Origin: Microcystis aeruginosa NIES-2549
Lineage (GTDB): Bacteria; Cyanobacteriota; Cyanobacteriia; Cyanobacteriales; Microcystaceae
Length of the DNA stretch: 32,000 bases
Assembly: GCF_000981785.2 (NCBI RefSeq)
Contig: NZ_CP011304.1
Span: 2,190,001 to 2,222,000, forward strand
Reading direction: 5' to 3'
This document shows, one piece after another, positions 1-8,014 of the stretch. Within the stretch, counting starts at the first letter, position 1, and the number at the start of each line of letters is the position of its first letter. The notes under the pieces are model-generated. The model did not search any database and was not told where the DNA came from. It was given only the letters and a program-made list of their open reading frames with translations. Both the position numbers and the translations under genes were made by a program.

Positions 1-1
1 T

Positions 2-1447
2 ATTAGTAGTCCATCGGGGGGAACGATTAATCGTGTCCGTTTTCAGGCCGAACGCTTGAATTTTGATGGTAAGGTGTGGAATGCCACTAATGTGCGTTTG
101 ACTAATGACCCTTTTTCCCCCCCTGAATTGGAAGTTCGGGCCAATTCCGCCACTTTTCGCAGTACCGGCCCTTTTACCGATGAGCTGCGGATGAGTAATT
201 CCCAGTTGGTTTTCGATCAACGGGTAGTGGCACCCACTTTTATTAATAGTCTTACGTTCGATCGCCGTCGTCGTCGTCCTTTTTTAATTGCCCCGGGCTA
301 TGATGGGGAGGATCGGGGCGGATTTTTCATAGAAAGTCCCCTAACTTTAGTGGAGACACCGAAGACTCTTTTTGAGTTGACACCGCAATATTTAATTCAA
401 AAAGTCCTTAATCCCGATGCTTTTCCCTCAGCTAACCCCGGAGGTGGCGAAGTTTCGCCCCTTAGTCCGAAAGCTTTTGGTTTATTGGGCAATTTTGCCA
501 CTAATTTCGGTGAGCGCTCGTTTTTGCAAGCAACAGCCTCTTTTTCTAATTTAGATTTGGAACAGATCGAAAATACGGTTCGTTCTAAAATTCGCTTTCA
601 ACAGACGATCGGACAGTTGCAGGATCCCTATCTGCTCAATGTGGAGTACAATTATCGCGAGCGTCTCTTTAACGGTTCTTTAGGGTTTCAGACGGTTAAT
701 AGCAGTTTTGGGGCAATTTTGACCTCACCTGTGATTGTCATCCCGAATACGGATATTAGACTCAGTTATCAAGCTTCTGTTCAGAATATTAATGCACCCA
801 CCGATCGCAGTAATCTCTTAGCGGCCAATGCAACGGATAATGTTACTAATTTAAGCCGTTTTCAGGGTGCTGTCTCCCTCAATCGCAGTTTTTTACTCTG
901 GTCTGCCCCTACTTTACCACCGACCCCCGACCAAGGTTTAAGATTTTCTCCCCTTCCCGTTCAACCCTATATTGCTCTTGTCACTGGTGTCACCGGTGTC
1001 ACCAGTTATTACACTAATGGAGAGACGCAAAATTCCGTCACGGGAACCGTGGGATTATTAGGACAGTTTGGGCGTTTTTCCCGCAATTTTTTCGACTATA
1101 CCGGGTTTAATATCAGTTTTAGTCAGGGTTTAGTTAACGGACAATCACCCTTTTTCTTCGATCGCTTTGTTGATCAACAAACAATCTCATATAGTATAAC
1201 TCAACAGGTATATGGTCCGATTCGCGTGGGTTTCCAGAGCATTTATAGTATCGATCAAGCTAAGGAAATCAGTACAGAATATTTTCTCGAATGGAGTCGT
1301 CGCACCTATAGTTTAATTTTGCGCTATAACCCAGTGCTGCAGTTGGGAATACTCAACATCCGCGTGTCGGATTTCAACTGGACAGGCAACCCCGGCTATT
1401 TTGAGGGCAGCGATGTCCGTCCGGTGGTGGATGGAGTAACCCGTTAA
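2..1447 (+). CDS. Outer-membrane beta-barrel protein, LptD/OstA-like (DUF3769-type); 5' end lies outside the window
   Basis: The frame of the 56..1447 ORF stays open back to nt 2 (ISSPSGGTINRVRFQAERL...), so the TTG at 56 is a window-edge artefact. The sequence is Gly/Asn/Ser/Thr/Phe-rich with an alternating beta-strand-like pattern. The family call rests on recollection of cyanobacterial LptD-like proteins, not on an alignment. Confidence 0.5.
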   Translation: MSSPSGGTINRVRFQAERLNFDGKVWNATNVRLTNDPFSPPELEVRANSATFRSTGPFTDELRMSNSQLVFDQRVVAPTFINSLTFDRRRRRPFLIAPGYDGEDRGGFFIESPLTLVETPKTLFELTPQYLIQKVLNPDAFPSANPGGGEVSPLSPKAFGLLGNFATNFGERSFLQATASFSNLDLEQIENTVRSKIRFQQTIGQLQDPYLLNVEYNYRERLFNGSLGFQTVNSSFGAILTSPVIVIPNTDIRLSYQASVQNINAPTDRSNLLAANATDNVTNLSRFQGAVSLNRSFLLWSAPTLPPTPDQGLRFSPLPVQPYIALVTGVTGVTSYYTNGETQNSVTGTVGLLGQFGRFSRNFFDYTGFNISFSQGLVNGQSPFFFDRFVDQQTISYSITQQVYGPIRVGFQSIYSIDQAKEISTEYFLEWSRRTYSLILRYNPVLQLGILNIRVSDFNWTGNPGYFEGSDVRPVVDGVTR

Positions 1448-1463
1448 GACTACATGGGAGGGT

Positions 1464-1502
1464 GAATTATGAATGATGAATTATGAATGATGAATTATGA
1501 AG
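1464..1502. repeat. Heptanucleotide tandem array (GAATTAT/GAATGAT, about 5.5 units)
   Basis: gaattat gaatgat gaattat gaatgat gaattat gaag is read directly between the convergent stops at 1447 and 1581. It has the same unit and orientation as the array at 20073..20128. Confidence 0.9.
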
Positions 1503-1580
1503 TGGGGTGTGGGGTTTTAGGGATTTTCAGATCGGGATTACCTCTCATTGAGACTCCCTTGACTAACTTCTATCTTCTTT

Positions 1581-4500
1581 TCAACGTGACAGAAAAGCTC
1601 CTAAAATTTTCATGGTGTTGCTCGTTTCATAATTCAACCCTTCTACTCCCTTAATATTTGTTTGTTCATAAAGTCTAGGAGAGCGTAAAGTGTTCTGACA
1701 CTCTCCTGTTTTTAGGTTCCAAAGTTTAATCGTCTCGTCTTCACCTGCGCTGGCCAATGTGTTACCGTTGGGACTAAAACAGACTGACCTGACACTTTTA
1801 GTATGTTCACACAGGAGTTGATGAAGTTGACCTGTTTCAACATCCCAAATTCGGATTGTTGCGTCATCCCCCCCACTTGCTAGTAACTTCCCATCGGGAC
1901 TAAAAGCTACTGACCATACCCAAGACTTATGACCTTCAAAACTATTAATTAATCTACCATCTTTGACTTGCCAAACTTTGACCGTTTGATCATCACTTGA
2001 ACTGGCTAATCGCTGACCGTCAGAGCTAAAGACAACAGACCAAATTCTTCCTTGATGACCTTTAAAAGTCCGCAAAGATTGAGTCATATCATCTTCAATA
2101 GACCAGAGTTTTATAGTTCGATCTTCACTACCAGTTGCTATTAATTTTCCATCAAGACTAAAATTTACTGATAATACCCAGGCCTGATGTTCCTCAAAAG
2201 TTTTAAGACAAAATCCTCTCGGAACTGACCAAAGCTTAACAGAATTATCTCCACTACCACTTACCAGCATTTGACTATTAGGACTAAAAGCGATCGACCA
2301 TACGCGCTTTTGATGTTCTGGGGAAAAAGTGTACTTTTCATCTGTCCTAATATCCCAAAGTTTGATGGTGTTATCGTGACTGGTACTAGCAATCAGTTGA
2401 CCATTCGGACTAACCGCGACTTGATACAATAAAACCCAATAATCTTTTTCTTGTAAAATTTTAATTACTTTGCCACTTTCCCCTGACCATAATCTAATCG
2501 TTTGATCTCCACTTCCACTTATCAATGTTTTTCCATCGGGACTAAAAGCTACTGAACAGATCCAGTCAGTATGACCATTAATCTGTTGAAGACATTTATG
2601 ATTTTTGATAGACCATAATCGGATCGAACGATCTATAGAACCACTCAAAATATATTGACTATCGGTGCTGAAAGTAATTGATGATAATCGATTGCCATAT
2701 CCCCTAAAACATTGAAGACATTCTCTGGTTTTTACTGACCATAATCGCAGTGTCAAATCTTCACTCCCACTGGCTATATATTGACCGTCCGGACTAAAAG
2801 CAATTGACCAAATCCAGCTTTCATGTCCTGTTAAAGTATCAATATTTTGATATTCTCCTTCTATAATAGACCATATTTTAATGGTTTTATCCCCACTTCC
2901 ACTGGCTAGAAGTTGACCATCGGAACTAAAGGCAACTTGCCAAACCCAATCTTGGTGTCCTGTAAGAGTATGGAGACATTTTCCTGTGTCAACTGACCAT
3001 ATTTTGATGGTTTTATCAGCGCTCCCACTGGCTAAAAGTTGACCATTTGGACTAAAGGTAACACCACCTACTCGTTCTTGATGTCCTTCAAGGGTGTGGA
3101 GACATTCTCCTGTTTCAACTGACCATATTTTGATGGTTTTGTCCTCACTTCCTGTGGCTAAAAACTGACTATCAGCACTAAAAGTAACGGCTCTAATAGG
3201 AGCATAATGTTTTTGAGAAGGGTGGGGCAAAGAATGACAATTTATAGATATATCTGTTGTAATAGACCAAATTTTAACAATTCCGTCTTGTCCCCCACTT
3301 GCTAGTAACTGTCCCTCAGAATTTAAGGCTACTGACCACACCCAACTTCCGTGAGCAGGAAAACTTTTGCTTAATTCTAATTTTCCATCTTGTTTGACTT
3401 TCCAGAGGTAAATCATCCCATGACTGTCACCAGTTGCTAAAAGCTCTTCTCTTGGAAAAGAGCGATTAAACTGACTGCAAGAAATTGATAAAATACTGCC
3501 ACAAGTTTGAGGGAAAATACAGTCAAAAAACTGTGAATAGGAAAAATCTACTTGGTTGAGTCTAATGTTTGAAAAATCGACTTGTCGAATAGGGATATGG
3601 GAAAAATCGTAGCCGATTAAATGACCATTTTTCAGTATATTAAGTAAGTTAATAATATTGCCAGCAATGCCCCCAATTTGTCCAGAAGGTTGATGTTTTA
3701 ATGTCTTTAAACAATCAATTAGTTTGCTTGACAGATTGTTTTCTTGAAAATCATGGATTAAGTTCTTGATTATTGGGTGTAAAATAACATTAATTTGAAT
3801 CTTTCTTAGATAATCAGGAACAGTAGTTTTAGTCAAGGAATTACTTCTTAATAATTGGAATTTTTCAGTTTTGATTTCTTCGGTTGCTATGGTAATAATT
3901 TTTTGAGTGAAATATTCAATCAGTAGAGGATGTATGGTAAAGTAGTCATCTTTTTTATCTAACAGAATTTTGCTAGATAATGATCTGATCCCTTCTTGGA
4001 TACTTTTACCGTCAGGTTCAATGATAATATTATGTTCTAGTTCCGACAAAGAAACTGGATTTCGATTAATCGCTAACTCAAAAATAATCGCTTTTTCTAA
4101 ATCAGATAGTTGCTGAAAGTAAGAATTTAAAATAGACTCGATTTTTTCTATCAGAAGATTACCTTTTAAAAGAAAATCCGAGAGATTATTATGATGAACT
4201 CGTTGAATATGATGAGCGATAGATTTGATGAATAAAGGATTGCCGTGACAGACTTGTTGAATTAAAAATTGCCATTCATCCTCTGAACCATGAAAGGTGT
4301 CAATATCTCCCAAAATTTGTCGTCCAGTTTGATAGTCAAGTCCTTGTAACTCTCGGAAATAAGTTGAAGTTTTATTTCCCACTAACGATTCAAGTTCTTG
4401 AGGAATTTTTCGACTGGTTATAATTAAACAGCTATTGTGCTTTGACTGACCAATTGCTTGTAAAATTTCGCTATATTCTCGATAGTTTTCATGCTCAATA

Positions 4501-5336
4501 ATCGCATCAATATTATCTAAAAATAATAAACAACGATATTTGGCTAGTATCTTGATAAATTTTATCAGTTTTATTTTAAATTTATCTTCTGCCTTAAAAC
4601 TGATATTTTGTGAAATAATATTACTTGTATTTTCCAGAAATTCTAGGGGTAAAGGAGGATTCAAAAAAGACCAATAGATAACACGGGGAAATTCCTCTTG
4701 AATTTGCTCAATCAGTTTACAGACAAGAGATGTTTTTCCGATTCCTGCTATTCCGAAAATTCCGATAATTTTACACGGGGGACTATTTTGAAAAAACTTT
4801 TGTTTTAATAATTCTAGTTCTTTTTCTCTACCATAAATCTGAGAAATATCAGGAATTAATCCGAAATTATCATAATTTATTTCTGTTTTAACTGATGAGT
4901 TTTCAAGATTGGGAAATTTACGCTTATCCCATTCTTCTTCAAATTTTTTCAAATTTTCTTCTGTTGATGAATGCCAAAGATTTAGGGTAAAGTGCAAATT
5001 TGCTGCGCCTTTAGTTTTGACTCTATTATCTATTAGTATTTCCCATTCTTGTAAAACCTTAAGGTCATTTCTCATCTGTTCAACAGTAATGGCAGCCCCT
5101 AACTTTTGCTTAGTAATTCCCTGACAAAAATCTGTTAATATTTTTAAAGTTGTATTGATAATTAACTTAGGGTGTGATACACCTTCTTCGAGCCACCTGA
5201 CGGATAGGTATTTCGACCAATACTCGTGATCTGGTGATTCCTTATTAACATGAGTTAATAGTCTTTCTAAGAAGAGCAGAATTCTTTTTTTGACGGTAGG
5301 ACTGGTATTGAGATTGGGCATAGTCTGAAATTTCAC
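1581..5336 (-). CDS. STAND NTPase (NACHT/NB-ARC-type P-loop) with a pentapeptide-like linker and 14 WD40 repeats
   Basis: Walker A is GIFGIAGIGKTS (nt 4728-4763) and Walker B is LLFLDNID. The N-terminal ~170-aa helical domain ends in LNLWHSSTEENLKKFEEEWDKRK. A short pentapeptide-like stretch follows (IRQVDFSNIRLNQVDFSYSQF). Then come 14 units ending [ILV]W[SKDQN], from IYLWKV to IKLWNL, which fits two 7-bladed propellers. The ORF-track start is GTG at 5336; the first ATG is at 5321. Confidence 0.9.
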   Translation of the reverse strand: MKFQTMPNLNTSPTVKKRILLFLERLLTHVNKESPDHEYWSKYLSVRWLEEGVSHPKLIINTTLKILTDFCQGITKQKLGAAITVEQMRNDLKVLQEWEILIDNRVKTKGAANLHFTLNLWHSSTEENLKKFEEEWDKRKFPNLENSSVKTEINYDNFGLIPDISQIYGREKELELLKQKFFQNSPPCKIIGIFGIAGIGKTSLVCKLIEQIQEEFPRVIYWSFLNPPLPLEFLENTSNIISQNISFKAEDKFKIKLIKFIKILAKYRCLLFLDNIDAIIEHENYREYSEILQAIGQSKHNSCLIITSRKIPQELESLVGNKTSTYFRELQGLDYQTGRQILGDIDTFHGSEDEWQFLIQQVCHGNPLFIKSIAHHIQRVHHNNLSDFLLKGNLLIEKIESILNSYFQQLSDLEKAIIFELAINRNPVSLSELEHNIIIEPDGKSIQEGIRSLSSKILLDKKDDYFTIHPLLIEYFTQKIITIATEEIKTEKFQLLRSNSLTKTTVPDYLRKIQINVILHPIIKNLIHDFQENNLSSKLIDCLKTLKHQPSGQIGGIAGNIINLLNILKNGHLIGYDFSHIPIRQVDFSNIRLNQVDFSYSQFFDCIFPQTCGSILSISCSQFNRSFPREELLATGDSHGMIYLWKVKQDGKLELSKSFPAHGSWVWSVALNSEGQLLASGGQDGIVKIWSITTDISINCHSLPHPSQKHYAPIRAVTFSADSQFLATGSEDKTIKIWSVETGECLHTLEGHQERVGGVTFSPNGQLLASGSADKTIKIWSVDTGKCLHTLTGHQDWVWQVAFSSDGQLLASGSGDKTIKIWSIIEGEYQNIDTLTGHESWIWSIAFSPDGQYIASGSEDLTLRLWSVKTRECLQCFRGYGNRLSSITFSTDSQYILSGSIDRSIRLWSIKNHKCLQQINGHTDWICSVAFSPDGKTLISGSGDQTIRLWSGESGKVIKILQEKDYWVLLYQVAVSPNGQLIASTSHDNTIKLWDIRTDEKYTFSPEHQKRVWSIAFSPNSQMLVSGSGDNSVKLWSVPRGFCLKTFEEHQAWVLSVNFSLDGKLIATGSEDRTIKLWSIEDDMTQSLRTFKGHQGRIWSVVFSSDGQRLASSSDDQTVKVWQVKDGRLINSFEGHKSWVWSVAFSPDGKLLASGGDDATIRIWDVETGQLHQLLCEHTKSVRSVCFSPNGNTLASAGEDETIKLWNLKTGECQNTLRSPRLYEQTNIKGVEGLNYETSNTMKILGAFLSR

Positions 5337-5425
5337 TTTTTAGGATTATAGCCTGATAATCTATTCACCGTCAATTAAGTTAAGTATGAAAAAAGTTAAT
5401 ACTTGTGTAACTAGATTGAATAAAA

Positions 5426-5971
5426 TTAATCATTAACTATTGACAAATAATCAGATAAAGATTTAATAGTTAGCAAATTTTTGGGAATTAATTGATCTCC
5501 AATTTCTATAGAAAGCTTAGTATATTGGGGTCGTGAATCAGATTGAGAAGGGAGGGAAACGTGATACATAGTCAATCGAAAAAATGGGTCAAAATTAACT
5601 AAGGCAGAAATAGCTCCCTCAGAATGTTGAGAAGCATATTTTTTATTAATTGTATCATCAGTTAAGGAAAAGTAATCAAAACTGCCCGGATGTCTATGCC
5701 ATAGTCCAAGAACTTCTATGGGTTCTCGATAAAATCTGGCAATTTTGTTAGACAGGTGGTTGATATAAGCATTATCATACTCAAAATAGCCGGGGCGAAA
5801 GATAGGATTTAGACCCGAATCTAAGGTTTCTAAAATATACCATTTATTAGGGTTTCTAATTCCTAAAAAAATGCCACCTGTTTCTGTTTTATAGCTTTCA
5901 TAGGTTTCAGCTGCAATAGCTAAAAATGATTTCTGGGAAAAAATAGTTTTGATATTCTGGTAACTTAACAT
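5426..5971 (-). CDS. JAB/MPN (JAMM) metallopeptidase, stand-alone 181 aa
   Basis: It carries a complete JAMM signature. The upstream Glu lies in ETGGIFLG, followed by H-R-H-P-G-S-F-D-Y-F-S-L-T-D (HxHx7Sx2D, nt 5657-5698). It has an ATG start and lies on the same strand as both neighbours. Confidence 0.8.
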   Translation of the reverse strand: MLSYQNIKTIFSQKSFLAIAAETYESYKTETGGIFLGIRNPNKWYILETLDSGLNPIFRPGYFEYDNAYINHLSNKIARFYREPIEVLGLWHRHPGSFDYFSLTDDTINKKYASQHSEGAISALVNFDPFFRLTMYHVSLPSQSDSRPQYTKLSIEIGDQLIPKNLLTIKSLSDYLSIVND

Positions 5972-6069
5972 TGTTTTTATTCTCTTAGTTATTCATCTTT
6001 TTTTCTGTCTAAGATAGATATTTATCAAACATTTATTTTTAATAAAATTTCGTAATATAAATATCTTTT

Positions 6070-6468
6070 TTAGTTACAACTGCGATTAGCTTGTTGAATT
6101 AATCTGTGAATATTAGGTAATTCTGCTTGAGTTAAGCCGTAATATTCGATAGATCGATCATAAGAATAATAAGCTTGTTTAACTTCCTGTTTTTCTCGTT
6201 CTAAGAAATGTTCAACTTGTTGGGAATAGCGTTCAGCCTCTAAAGCATAATCTTTGGCTTTAACCAACTCCTCATTGGTTTTTTCTAAGCCTTGTACCTG
6301 TTTTTGCAAAAATTCTATCATTTTCTGATCGTCATCTTCATGGGGATCAAGATAACGACGGTTAAGAGTTTTGGCAGCCTCATCTTGCCATAGGCCTCGA
6401 ATATCTTTACGATAGTCTTGCAGAGTGCGAGATCGCTGCTGCATCTTCCAAACAATATCTTCCATCAT
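6070..6468 (-). CDS. Small all-helical protein, WXG100-like (W-Q-D-E-A-A motif), 132 aa
   Basis: GLWQDEAAKTLNRRY resembles the WxG-x-A-A-x-x-F turn of the ESAT-6 family. The rest is heptad-like and charged helix. A GGAGGA Shine-Dalgarno lies in the 20-nt gap after the upstream gene. The family call is motif-based only. Confidence 0.5.
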   Translation of the reverse strand: MMEDIVWKMQQRSRTLQDYRKDIRGLWQDEAAKTLNRRYLDPHEDDDQKMIEFLQKQVQGLEKTNEELVKAKDYALEAERYSQQVEHFLEREKQEVKQAYYSYDRSIEYYGLTQAELPNIHRLIQQANRSCN

Positions 6469-6488
6469 TTTTTATCCTCCAAAAATCA

Positions 6489-7490
6489 CTAAAATTGAAA
6501 AGGACGGTTGAATTCAATCAGACTTTCTACTCGATATTCTATTTCTCTTGTTACCCCAATTTCTAAACATTGAGCGGAGTTTCCTTGCTTTTCCGCTCCT
6601 TTGAAATCATTTCGGGCTTCTTCGGTGAAATTGCGGGCATTATTTACGGCTAAAGACATTAAATCTGCCATTTCCTGCTCATTGCTTGCCTCTAATTGCG
6701 CTCTATCAACTTCCCGTCTAGCTGCATTCGCATTTTCTAAACTACGTTCGGCAAAACTCAGGGCATTATGGGCATAATTTAAAGTAATATTCGCCTGATA
6801 GACGGCTTTTTGGGCATATCCGACGGCATTTCGACAACAATTCACCCTAGCTTGCGCTCGTGCGACTTCTTCTCTTGCTGCTTTTTCTTCTTCAATGGCT
6901 TTATTTAAGCGAGCAATCGCAGCCTGAACCTTTTTTTGGGCTTGACTAACCCTAGCTTGCTGACCAGAACAATTGGGCGCATGATATTGTCCATCCTTGT
7001 CAGTATAGCCTGAATTTTGGCAACTGGTAAGGGCGGATTGTGCGCTTTGTAATTCAGATTCTGCACTGCTTAAAATAAATTCTGCTTGCTCTCTTTCGTT
7101 TATGGCAAGTTCTAATCGGGCTTCTGCCCGTCTTAACCAGTCAATTGCAATACCTAACTGATATTCCCAATCATTTAGGGTTGATTGCGCCTGATTTTGG
7201 GTATTTTGAGCTGCTGCCAAATTTTGTTGAGCTTTTTCTAAGACTTGATGACAATTAGATAACAATTGAGCAACTTCATCATTAGCCTGATCAACTAATT
7301 TTTGATCATTTTTAGCCTGATCTTGAATAATTGAAGCATGATACAGAGCTTGACTGACTTTTTCTTCACTTTGCCTTTGATGCCATGACATTTGATCCAG
7401 GGTATCACGGGCGGTTATTTTCCAGTATCTAAGTTCTTCAATTAAGTCATTGAGAAGGTTAATGAGAATACGGGGATCTTGAATAGTCAT
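6489..7490 (-). CDS. Ala/Gln/Glu-rich coiled-coil protein, 333 aa (candidate LXG-like substrate or structural component)
   Basis: Composition is almost uninterrupted helix-forming (QAQSTLNDWEYQLGIAIDWLRRAEARLELAINEREQAEF..., EEEKAAREEVARAQARV...). One central non-helical loop is flanked by Cys (TSCQNSGYTDKDGQYHAPNCSG). It starts 5 nt after the stop of the 81-aa gene. Confidence 0.5.
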   Translation of the reverse strand: MTIQDPRILINLLNDLIEELRYWKITARDTLDQMSWHQRQSEEKVSQALYHASIIQDQAKNDQKLVDQANDEVAQLLSNCHQVLEKAQQNLAAAQNTQNQAQSTLNDWEYQLGIAIDWLRRAEARLELAINEREQAEFILSSAESELQSAQSALTSCQNSGYTDKDGQYHAPNCSGQQARVSQAQKKVQAAIARLNKAIEEEKAAREEVARAQARVNCCRNAVGYAQKAVYQANITLNYAHNALSFAERSLENANAARREVDRAQLEASNEQEMADLMSLAVNNARNFTEEARNDFKGAEKQGNSAQCLEIGVTREIEYRVESLIEFNRPFQF

Positions 7491-7495
7491 AATGA

Positions 7496-7741
7496 TTAAG
7501 ATTTATCGGGGATTTCTTGGATAAAATTGAGGATTTTCTGAACTTCTAGCCTTGAATCTTCCATTTCTGCCAAGGTTCTTGTCCAAAAACCTGTAAATTC
7601 TTCGGCGGCTGATCCTTGAAAAACTTCATCAAGCGATCGCCATGCCGTATCGAGAAATTCCAATTCTTCGCTTAAAATCAAATAATATTGATTGAGTGCA
7701 GTTTGATAGGCTAAAAGGGCTGTTTTTCGGGAATTATCCAC
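7496..7741 (-). CDS. WXG100-like helical hairpin protein (F-Q-G variant), 81 aa
   Basis: Two ~35-aa helices are joined at VFQGSAAEEFTGFW, compared with the W-x-G-x-A-A-x-x-F consensus. It starts at GTG and overlaps the preceding gene by 8 nt (GTGGATAA). Confidence 0.55.
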   Translation of the reverse strand: MDNSRKTALLAYQTALNQYYLILSEELEFLDTAWRSLDEVFQGSAAEEFTGFWTRTLAEMEDSRLEVQKILNFIQEIPDKS

Positions 7742-8000
7742 CGTTTAAATACCTCTCTAATACTTGTAACTTATGGTTTAAAAAATCATTATAGGTGGGA
7801 ATTTGGCGACTATAATAATTATTAGTCTTTTCTTGCAAATCAAGCCACATTTCGTCATGTTTTTGTCGTTTTTGGTCTTGCCAATGGGGAGAAAGATCCT
7901 CATAGGTGGTTTCCACTTCTCGCCACGCCGATTGAACGCGATCATGGAATTGTTCGAGGGTCTGTTGAAAGTGTTTGAGTTGTAAAAATGAGTCATCCAT
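7734..8000 (-). CDS. WXG100-like helical hairpin protein (W-Q-D variant), 88 aa
   Basis: The predicted helix - turn (LSPHWQDQKRQKHDEMW, mid-protein) - helix has a size and layout typical of the ESAT-6 family. It lies 14 nt downstream of the FtsK-like ATPase stop. Confidence 0.55.
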   Translation of the reverse strand: MDDSFLQLKHFQQTLEQFHDRVQSAWREVETTYEDLSPHWQDQKRQKHDEMWLDLQEKTNNYYSRQIPTYNDFLNHKLQVLERYLNGG

Positions 8001-8014
8001 GGTTAAATTAAGCT

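Noticed and set aside
4909-5124. 71-aa plus-strand ORF inside the NACHT-WD40 gene
   Set aside because: It is antisense to a well-supported long CDS, has no motif and arises in an AT-rich context, so it is probably spurious.
6070-6200. Y-Y-S-Y-D in the 132-aa protein as a bona fide YxxxD/E type VII export signal
   Set aside because: A 5-residue pattern in a Tyr-rich segment is expected by chance. It is kept only as a note inside the motif finding.
7778-7996. 72-aa (minus) and 60-aa (plus, 7803..7985) ORFs nested in the 88-aa WXG-like gene
   Set aside because: They are alternative frames of the same segment. The 88-aa frame gives a clean helical hairpin and is translationally coupled to its neighbours, which the others are not.
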